A stretch of DNA of 61,439 nt, the filler included, from Vannella sp. (taxonomy: Eukaryota): NCBI GenBank assembly GCA_023345925.1. It is 6 parts of 6 records of this genome, joined end to end, with 100 filler letters (N's around TTAATTAATTAA, not from the genome) between each part and the next. Parts side by side here need not be neighbours in the genome. Positions count along the whole stretch, not along the records: positions 53,609 to 61,439 come from JAJQQN010000248.1; 5 more parts are not named here. One strand, given 5' to 3'. This document shows, in pieces, positions 53,878 through 61,439 of the stretch (the stretch's first letter is position 1; each line of letters opens with the position of its first letter). A model generated the notes under the pieces. That model was not told the DNA's origin and made no database searches. It was given only the letters and a program-made list of their open reading frames with translations. The translations under genes and the position numbers were made by a program.

Positions 53878-55731
53878 TCACTCATGCTTTATCTTTCCCT
53901 TTTGATAAGAGAACCTGCAAAAGGAGAGGAGGAGAACAGTGAGGAGGGCTCCCAAAAAGAAGCCAACAATGTTCCGCAGCAGCGCCAATCCAACTTGATT
54001 GATCAAATAGCTCTCCCAACTCTCGTATTGGATACCAGACACAAGGATGATGAGATTGGTAATGCCAGAAGGATATAAGTCACTCCAGATAGTGCATATT
54101 TCGCTCTTGTAGTCACTGGTGAGACTGCTATTCGTACTCAAGATCAGGACTGACGGGTGTTCTTTGCTGTAACTGGGCCATAGAGGCAGATGGTTCATTT
54201 GAGGTGTCCCATGATGAGCAAAGTTGCTCCAAAGTGCGTTGATAGTAAGGCTCAGTTCTTTCTCTTCTGGAGTGAATGAAGAAGCCATCAGGAACCCGCG
54301 TTTAATCGGCTTTCCGAAGACGTAAACAAGCTCTGATGCGTGGAACGCTCCCAAACTCTGCTTCCCACTCCAAGAAAGATGATCGAAAACGTATCGAAAA
54401 GTGTTTGGCTGCGTTTTGCTCCATTGATTGGCAAGCATTCGTGTCCCACATTGAAAGTAGAGATCATTAACAATCTCACTAAGTACGAAACTCATGTTTT
54501 CCTCCTCTTTTGGAAGGTATTTGGCGAGGATCTTTGCAGAATCAGAGCCATTTTGTCCAGGAAATCCATCTTGAATGATATTAGTGAGAGCCTGCCTATC
54601 TAAACTGAAGCGGAATGGGAAATTGAGCCAAGTGAATAAGGTTCCTTCATCCTTGCAAGTGCCAATCAGGAGATTGACATGAACAGGACGCCCTCCCCCT
54701 GAGAAGGCCTTTCGCGGATCCGTCCGGAATACGGACGATTCTCCCCGACAAGGAGTGAAGAGAACCTCTGTTGGACTGAATGTGTGCCAAAGCAACTTGC
54801 GGAAAGCCACACTTTTGCCCGCCGCTGTTGTCAGCTTTTGCGGATCAATTGCTCGTAAGCAGCTCAGGTACTGAGAGCCTTGCAAGTGGTTGCATCCCAA
54901 GGAACCAAGAGACGCCCTTTGCGATTCGGCAATATCTCGACAAAGCTGAGACTCTCGATGAGGTGCGCTCTGTACTATGGCGCCCTTAATATGGTTCAGG
55001 ATCCTCTTGGACTCTTCAAGTTGACATTCCATGGCAGTCAATTGCCAAAGGACACTTGTAGCCCCAGCAGACTCTCCAAAGATAGTGATTCTGTCGCAAT
55101 CCCCTCCAAAGTGCATAATATACTTTGTGACCCATTCCAATGCCAAGCGCTGGTCCAGGAGACCAAAGTTCTCTGCGTTAGGGTCTTCCTCAACAGTTTC
55201 TTGGAGAGAGAGAAAGCCAAGGGCGCCAAGACGATAGTTAAGGGAGACGAGAATGACTTGGTTGTTGTTAAAAGACTCTCCATCAATGACTGGTTCTCCT
55301 CCAGAGCCAATGGAGAAGCCCCCTCCATGTATGAATACCATAACTGGCAAGCTACTACCATGGATTCGCAAAGGAGACTGCGAACGGTCCACTAATGAGG
55401 CGGGAATCCAAAGGTTGAGGAACAAGCAGTCCTCACTCTGTGCTTTGCTCCAGGGAGTGAGTACAGACTGAATGCATGAAGCACCGAATGAAGAGGCATC
55501 GAACACTGCCTCTGGTCCCCAACGGGACGACATCCGCGGGACTGTCCAGCGCAGAGCGGAGTTGATCGGTTCTGCGAAGGGCAACCCGAGGAACGCCAAG
55601 CTGGTATCTCCTTCCTCTAATCTTGCATGCAACTTCCCAATGGGTGTCACCAACTGCACGTTCTCTCTGCCAAGAACCAGAACAACACAGCAGAGAACCA
55701 CAGCAGCCACTCCCGCCCTTCCCCCAACCAA
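53878..55731 (-). CDS. Type-B carboxylesterase/cholinesterase-family enzyme, signal peptide and C-terminal TM
   Basis: FLGLPFAEP, SEDCLFLN, FIHGGGF, GESAG, KDEG and AFHASE (triad S-E-H). No in-frame ATG at the 5' end. Confidence 0.92.
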   Translation of the reverse strand: MVGGRAGVAAVVLCCVVLVLGRENVQLVTPIGKLHARLEEGDTSLAFLGLPFAEPINSALRWTVPRMSSRWGPEAVFDASSFGASCIQSVLTPWSKAQSEDCLFLNLWIPASLVDRSQSPLRIHGSSLPVMVFIHGGGFSIGSGGEPVIDGESFNNNQVILVSLNYRLGALGFLSLQETVEEDPNAENFGLLDQRLALEWVTKYIMHFGGDCDRITIFGESAGATSVLWQLTAMECQLEESKRILNHIKGAIVQSAPHRESQLCRDIAESQRASLGSLGCNHLQGSQYLSCLRAIDPQKLTTAAGKSVAFRKLLWHTFSPTEVLFTPCRGESSVFRTDPRKAFSGGGRPVHVNLLIGTCKDEGTLFTWLNFPFRFSLDRQALTNIIQDGFPGQNGSDSAKILAKYLPKEEENMSFVLSEIVNDLYFQCGTRMLANQWSKTQPNTFRYVFDHLSWSGKQSLGAFHASELVYVFGKPIKRGFLMASSFTPEEKELSLTINALWSNFAHHGTPQMNHLPLWPSYSKEHPSVLILSTNSSLTSDYKSEICTIWSDLYPSGITNLIILVSGIQYESWESYLINQVGLALLRNIVGFFLGALLTVLLLSFCRFSYQKGKIKHE

Positions 55732-55816
55732 TGAACGAGAATGAACCCGAGACTACTTCCAAACAATGGTAAATTGGCTAAAGCAATCCATTTGGGGGCG
55801 AGTGGGGACAAAAGCC

Positions 55817-56384
55817 ATGTCTCGCGCTCTTTCTAGCCTTCCTTCTTGTCGGCGCGTGCCCTCACGTGATCGGTCGGCATCGAAAACAAAGGCGTCCTTA
55901 TTGAAACTCCTCTTCTCGAGCGAGCGAGCACCAACGGGAGGAGATGAGCCGCCCTCCAAGATCCACCGTCCAAACCCTATGCCTCTCGACAGTGTGCTCC
56001 ATGCTATCGCCTCTGCGAACATAACAGAGCTTCGAATCCTACTTTTGAGGGAGAAAGCAAATGAGGCACTCCAATCGCGACTCGATGAAACCAAATCTGG
56101 CCCTTGCTTCTTTGAAGGACGCACTTTCTCGTGAATCTGACCGGAACCTGAAGTATCAAGAATGGATCCTGACCCACTCTGCCTTTGATCGTCCACCCCG
56201 CGATGTCAGCATGAACGAGCTTGTGAAGGGTTCACTTGAGACAACCATCACTCCTGGTTCCTCCCTGCCCAACCCTCATTCCTTGCAGGCACTCGTGCTG
56301 ACGAGACTAATGCAAGCTCCCCTGAGGACAACAAAAAGAAGGATCCGATACAAGGACGTGAGAAGTCATTCCTCAGTTGACTAA
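55817..56384 (+). CDS. Hypothetical protein with coiled-coil-like middle; two ORFs joined by a +1 shift near 56093
   Basis: Removing one A from ACCAAAT gives continuous ..LQSRLDETNLALASLKDALSRESDRNLKYQEW... Confidence 0.35.
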
Positions 56385-56693
56385 AGCGCGCCTTCGAGAG
56401 TTCATCACGCTTTCACACCAACGAACGAACTCCTTTCCCTCCTTTTTAGTCACTTTTCCAGTTGGCAGGTTGTCCTCTCTCTCTCCCCATCCCGAGCTCA
56501 ACTGGCAATCAAACCTGAGAGAGGATGGAGGATGGAGGGACAAGTGGCCCCTTCTGACATGTCGAAGAAGGGCAACAGCTCGCTGCACCTTCTGAGTTCC
56601 CTACGCTCTCGCTCTTGCATGGCGGGGAGATCTCCCCACATCTTTTGATGCAATGGGAAAGGCTTTCTTTATCCATTCCACTCATTCCTTTCG

Positions 56694-58445
56694 ATGTCGC
56701 TGCCCGCACCGCCTTCTCGTGAGAGCATGCTTCAGCTGTTGATGCCGCTGGTGGGACCACAGGGACCATTCACTATCGCAGTGAACCAAAGGGGCCGCTA
56801 CTTCCCAAAGGGCCCTTCCAGCTTGGCAGCGTTCTATGCGTCGCAGTTCCGGGAGTTCGCCCACTCTCCCTTCTTGGTGTACGAGGAGGAGCGCCTCTCC
56901 TACGCAGAGACTTGGATTGCAGCAAAGAAGCTTGCTTTGCTCATGAAGACTCGCTTCCATGTGGTACCAGGAGACCGCGTCGCCATTGGAATGAGGAACT
57001 ATCCCGAGTGGTGCATCGCCTTCATCGCATGCGGCGCGCTTGGTGCTGTTGCAGTGCCTCTGAACAGCTTCTGGAACGGAAAGGAGATGGCGTATGGACT
57101 CCAAGACTCAGGAAGTAAGCTTCTCTTCTGCGACGGAGAGCGCTTCAAGCAAGTGGAGCCGTTCCTCCCCACACTTGGCCTCTCCGCTATTGTAGCACGT
57201 AGTAGAGCTCCAGTTACTGAACGTGAACATGTCGTCTCTTATGCAAGCCTCCAACAAGAGATGAACGCGATGAACGAGCCTTCGGACTCTTCCATTCTAC
57301 CCAACACTTTGCAGAAGGATGACGCAGCCATCATTATGTACACCTCAGGCACTACAGGGAATCCCAAAGGGGTCGTACTGACTCAATTGGGTGTCACAAC
57401 TCAGATGGAGGCAGCCAGACTCCTCATCTTGTTGCAAGAGAAAGTTTCTGAGCTGCCAGGAATGCCTTCGATTCCTGCTGTTGATCAGCATTGTGTGTTG
57501 GCCATTGTCCCATTCTTCCATGTGACTGGCCTCCACCACTTGTTCTTAACTAGCCTGATAATGGGGCGGAAACTGGTGTTGATGTTCAAGTGGGATGCTC
57601 AACAGGCTCTCCGCCTTATCCAGCAGGAGCGTGTGACACAGTGGACTGGGGTCCCCACGATGGTGCTTGATATCATGGAGCACCCCTCTTTCAAGGAGTA
57701 TGACACGTCGTCGTTGCTTTCTATCGGGTCAGGTGGAGCGGCACCGCCGGCTCCCATGGCCAAGCGGATTGCTCAAACCTTCAAGAATGGACGCGGAACG
57801 AATGCATATGGATTGACAGAGACCAACGGGGCCATTTGTCTCAACTCAGCATTGACCTTCTTGCACAAGCCAACCAGTTGCGGAAGTCCTTTCCCCATTG
57901 TTGAGGTGAAGGTGGTTGATACGGAGACAGGGGCCACTCTTGGCCCTAATCAGAGGGGGGAGCTTCTTGTACGAAGTAATTTGGTGATGAAAGAGTACTG
58001 GAACAAGCCTGAAGCGACCGCGGAGGTCATCACCTCCGACGGGTTCTTTAGGACTGGTGACATTGCCACTCTGGACGAGGATGGGTTCATCTATATTGTT
58101 GACCGAGCCAAGGATATCATTATCCGAGGAGGGGAAAACATCTCATGCAGTGAAGTCGAGAACGCACTCTACGCACATCCAGCCATCCGAGAATGTGCTG
58201 TGTTTGGACTTCCTCACGAACGGCTGGGAGAGGAAGTAGGAGTGATGATTCTTCTCAAACAAAAGGCAACGGCAGAAGAGTTAGTCGTCTTTTTGCAAGA
58301 TAAGCTGGCTCCCTTCAAGATACCACCCATTTACAACATTTTCTTCACCCCAGAAGCTCTCCCGCGTGGCGGAACTGGAAAGATACTGAAGCGCAGCATC
58401 AAAGACCAAGTTCAGAAGAACGCCAAACTCCCCAGTCGCTTGTAG
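56694..58445 (+). CDS. AMP-binding long-chain acyl-CoA ligase, intronless, C-terminal PTS1 (SRL)
   Basis: YTSGTTGNPKG, YGLTET, FFRTGD, DRAKDIIIRGGENI, LPRGGTGKILK; ends PSRL*. Confidence 0.92.
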   Translation: MSLPAPPSRESMLQLLMPLVGPQGPFTIAVNQRGRYFPKGPSSLAAFYASQFREFAHSPFLVYEEERLSYAETWIAAKKLALLMKTRFHVVPGDRVAIGMRNYPEWCIAFIACGALGAVAVPLNSFWNGKEMAYGLQDSGSKLLFCDGERFKQVEPFLPTLGLSAIVARSRAPVTEREHVVSYASLQQEMNAMNEPSDSSILPNTLQKDDAAIIMYTSGTTGNPKGVVLTQLGVTTQMEAARLLILLQEKVSELPGMPSIPAVDQHCVLAIVPFFHVTGLHHLFLTSLIMGRKLVLMFKWDAQQALRLIQQERVTQWTGVPTMVLDIMEHPSFKEYDTSSLLSIGSGGAAPPAPMAKRIAQTFKNGRGTNAYGLTETNGAICLNSALTFLHKPTSCGSPFPIVEVKVVDTETGATLGPNQRGELLVRSNLVMKEYWNKPEATAEVITSDGFFRTGDIATLDEDGFIYIVDRAKDIIIRGGENISCSEVENALYAHPAIRECAVFGLPHERLGEEVGVMILLKQKATAEELVVFLQDKLAPFKIPPIYNIFFTPEALPRGGTGKILKRSIKDQVQKNAKLPSRL

Positions 58446-58490
58446 AGCTGAGTACAAGAGAAAGTTATTTTTACAATACAGAAATGTATG

Positions 58491-59436
58491 CTAATGTGCG
58501 GCAGCAGGTACATCACGAAGGAAGCTTGGTAACCCAACAGGGAGCCTTCCTTCTTCAGGGATTGAGAAAGTTCTCTTAGCAAAGGCATGGTACACTTTGC
58601 GTTGTTTATCCTTGTTGGCTGAACACTGCTTTCCCTTCCAGTCGCCCTTTAGCCACTTGCCCTCAATAATAACACTGGGTGTGCATGAAAGAGTCAGAAA
58701 TCCAGTATTCTGTAGTGCTGGGTATTCATCGGCAACTTCAAGTGGTCGAATCGTATTTTAACCCGCGGCAAGTTCCTCTGACAGATCGAGGAATTGGATT
58801 GGGATGACAGACTCATGGAAGTCCAAAACGCCGTTCAAATAGAGGGCGAACATGTATTAGGAGAGTCCATTCAGACTCTGAAAAGGAAATGATCCTCCGA
58901 AGTGCCCCGCAGTTCGGCAACTTTGGCGAGTCCTGATCCACCAAAAAGGCAACACAGAGTTGGCATACAAAGGAACAAGATAGATGGGACTACACCGATA
59001 AACAGGTTTTCAGCGACACTGCCAAAATAAGTCACCCAGGATCCCAGTATGAGCGCCACAATCGTTTCAATCAACAGCCCAATTGTAATTAAGATCATTA
59101 GACAAGAGGCCTGCAGAATGGGAAGGAATCTTGAGTGAGAAGCAGACTGAGGAGGATGTTGAACCTACGAGTAAAAGGGTTCTTTCTGGTCCTGCAGAAG
59201 ACCATGATCAAGTCCAATATAGCTATCACCAAGCATTGTAGAATGGAGAACAAAGGGATGCCAACACTTGCTCCCTCAACCATCACAAGAGAGAGGTAGG
59301 AGTTGATTCCAAAACCAAACAATACTCCTGAAAACAAGGCCTGTATCAATTCTGTCGGTCACTCAGCTTGCCTCCCAACACGAAGACTTACCAACAAGAC
59401 GCCCGAAATGCCGAAACATAGATCAACTCTCGTCAT
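58491..59436 (-). pseudogene. Disrupted multi-pass membrane protein gene
   Basis: Several hydrophobic ORF fragments (59098-59349, 58871-59098) and a downstream frame interrupted by TAA codons that I could not splice out. Confidence 0.3.
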
Positions 59437-59631
59437 CCCCGACTGCCGCCAGGACGAGATGCAAGTTCTCCAGCAGATGCTCCCAGTGTAGGGCCATAGA
59501 CCTTGGCGTTTGAAAGAATGAGCCGATTTTCTCTTCACTAGGTTTATAAGCACGCGTTGGTTCCTAGAATTTGGAATTCAGAACTTTCCTTAACGCCCAG
59601 GCGTTCTCAGGGCAAGAATTGAATGAGAATG

Positions 59632-61389
59632 TTAATCTATCTTTGGCTTGAGCTTGCGATTTCTGCAAACCTTAAAGCAGAAGAATCCAGTCGAACCAGC
59701 CAGGAGGAGCAAAAGACCACCAAAGGAGAAAAGAGCAATCTTGATGTGACGGAGGAGGAAGTAGCCGATGGTGTTGGCGAGAAGTCCATCCCAACCTTCG
59801 TGTAAAATCTCATCGGCACCTTCTCCCAAGAATGGGACTCCATTTGGATAGATTCCGTTCCAAAAAGTGCAAACATCCTTCTTGTAGTCATCAATAACCA
59901 ATGGAGAACTGTCCAAGATGAGAGTTGCGCGTTCAGATTCACTGTAAGATGGCCAATGGGGAAGATTATCTCCTCCTGGAGTTCCAGAATGAGCAAAATT
60001 GCTCCAAAGAGTATTCATAACGCGGCTGAGCTCTTTCTCCTCCGCCGTGAAATTGGAAGGCATCAGAGGGCCCCCAGGTGGTTTGCCGAAGACATAAGAC
60101 AACTCAGCTGCGTGATAAACCCCCAGATTCTGATTTCCACTGCTTGAGAAATGGTTAAAAACATAACGGAAGGTCAAGGGATGGGAACGACTGAGGTCGT
60201 CCGCATAAAGCCGAGAGCCACACTGGAAGTAGAGATCGTTGATGATCTCATTCAATGCTTTCTTTGTGTCGTTTTCTGACTCTTCAGAGCGATTCCAATA
60301 GTGCTCCAAAATTTTGGAGGCATCGTCGTCATCATCACTATCAAAGAAGCCGTCTTTGATCATGTTGGTGAGTCCCTGTTCATCGATACTGAACCTGAAG
60401 ATAAAACTAAGCCAAGTAAAGAGAGTTCCTTCATCTTTGCATGTGCCAATGATGATATTCGATCCATTAGAGTAAGCCCCGTCACTGAATGCTGTTCGGG
60501 GATTGGTGTTGAAAAGGGATTGGCTCCCCTGGCAGGGTATAAAGGTGAATTTCTCTTCTCTTGCAGTATGCCAAAAAACTTTCCGGTTGGTTCCAAAGCC
60601 GGGTAGGGCATGGGTAAGATATTGAGGGTCCAGATTCCTCAGGCATTCCAAGAAGCTCCCTCCAACAAGATGATTGCAGCCAAGAGGGCGTAGAACCTGC
60701 CGCTCTACTGGATGATAATCCTCACACTTGATAACTTCCAGGTTAGGAGCACTCTGAATTATGGCTCCTTTCAGTCTTTCCACCACACGGCGATCCTTTG
60801 GAAGATCACTTTCACTTGCTGTGAGCTGTGAAATAATGCTCATAGCCCCTGCTGACTCTCCAAAGATGCTAACCTTATCTGGGTCTCCTCCAAAGTGTTG
60901 AATATGCTGGAATACCCATTCCAGCGCCATATGCTGGTCGAGGAGTCCAAAGTTCTCTGCTTTCGGATCCTCCTCTACCAGCTCGCGGATAGCCAAGAAG
61001 CCAAGGGGCCCTAATCTATAGTTGAAGGAGATCAATATCACGTTGTTGGCGTTGAAGCCTTCAGCAGCAATGTAGTCATCCGCGCCTGAACCCATTGCAA
61101 AGGCTCCACCATGAAAGAAGACCATCACAGGCAGCTTCACTCCCTGCTTGATGGATGTACTCGAAGAACCTCTCCCTCTTTGTGCGATGGAAGAGGGCAG
61201 CCAGACATTGAGGAAGAGACAATCCTCGCTCTCAGGGATGTTGGGAGGCTTGAAGCGGGATGCTTGCCAGCAACGAGCACCAAACGTTCGACAATCAAAC
61301 AGCCTCTCCGAAGAACCAAACAACGAACTAGCTCGCGGTACCGTCCAACGCACAGTCGAGTTAATCGGCTCAGCAAACGGGATCCCCAT
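59632..61389 (-). CDS. Type-B carboxylesterase paralog, 5'-truncated
   Basis: GIPFAEP, SEDCLFLN, FFHGGAF, GESAG, KDEG, VYHAAE; C-terminal TM. Confidence 0.92.
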   Translation of the reverse strand: MGIPFAEPINSTVRWTVPRASSLFGSSERLFDCRTFGARCWQASRFKPPNIPESEDCLFLNVWLPSSIAQRGRGSSSTSIKQGVKLPVMVFFHGGAFAMGSGADDYIAAEGFNANNVILISFNYRLGPLGFLAIRELVEEDPKAENFGLLDQHMALEWVFQHIQHFGGDPDKVSIFGESAGAMSIISQLTASESDLPKDRRVVERLKGAIIQSAPNLEVIKCEDYHPVERQVLRPLGCNHLVGGSFLECLRNLDPQYLTHALPGFGTNRKVFWHTAREEKFTFIPCQGSQSLFNTNPRTAFSDGAYSNGSNIIIGTCKDEGTLFTWLSFIFRFSIDEQGLTNMIKDGFFDSDDDDDASKILEHYWNRSEESENDTKKALNEIINDLYFQCGSRLYADDLSRSHPLTFRYVFNHFSSSGNQNLGVYHAAELSYVFGKPPGGPLMPSNFTAEEKELSRVMNTLWSNFAHSGTPGGDNLPHWPSYSESERATLILDSSPLVIDDYKKDVCTFWNGIYPNGVPFLGEGADEILHEGWDGLLANTIGYFLLRHIKIALFSFGGLLLLLAGSTGFFCFKVCRNRKLKPKID

Positions 61390-61439
61390 GAAAGAAGACC
61401 ATCACAGGCAGCTTCACTCCCTGCTTGATGGATGTACTC
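61386..61439 (+). repeat. 54-nt exact copy of 61109-61162 at the window end
   Basis: CCATGAAAGAAGACC...GATGTACTC occurs twice. Confidence 0.9.

Noticed and set aside
58491..58870. In-frame TAA codons suggesting stop-codon reassignment
   Set aside because: TAA terminates other genes here (47422, 50380, 40521), and conserved ORFs contain no internal TAA.
61386..61439. 54-nt direct repeat replacing the esterase 5' end
   Set aside because: It is an exact copy at the sequence end, joined at a short shared CCATGAA, so most likely a chimeric read or mis-assembly.

Overview
Six scaffold pieces of a very compact, intron-rich eukaryotic genome, joined by artificial 100-nt linkers (44 N + TTAATTAATTAA + 44 N). 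The source is most likely an amoebozoan: PCTAIRE-type CDK5, Grl-like class C GPCR, TSET subunit, class I PI3K and several Rho regulators. Most GT-AG introns are about 44-68 nt, and convergent stop codons often lie within 0-60 nt of each other. Most genes are recognisable housekeeping or signalling genes. The outstanding observation is at 45190-47422. An ankyrin-repeat / coiled-coil / SAM-like gene encodes the loops preceding its ankyrin helices as runs of consecutive single-codon (3-nt) phase-0 exons: 13 in a row, plus at least 3 more in the upstream loop. This is a candidate combinatorial splicing system for diversifying a binding surface. Also notable are a second ankyrin gene with 12-21 nt loop micro-exons, a nested long-hairpin locus with G-U pairs, a 488-nt structured intron in RRN3, and a probable TAF1A/Rrn11 homolog. 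Several frameshifts may be consensus errors. Gene identities come from recalled family motifs, not database searches.
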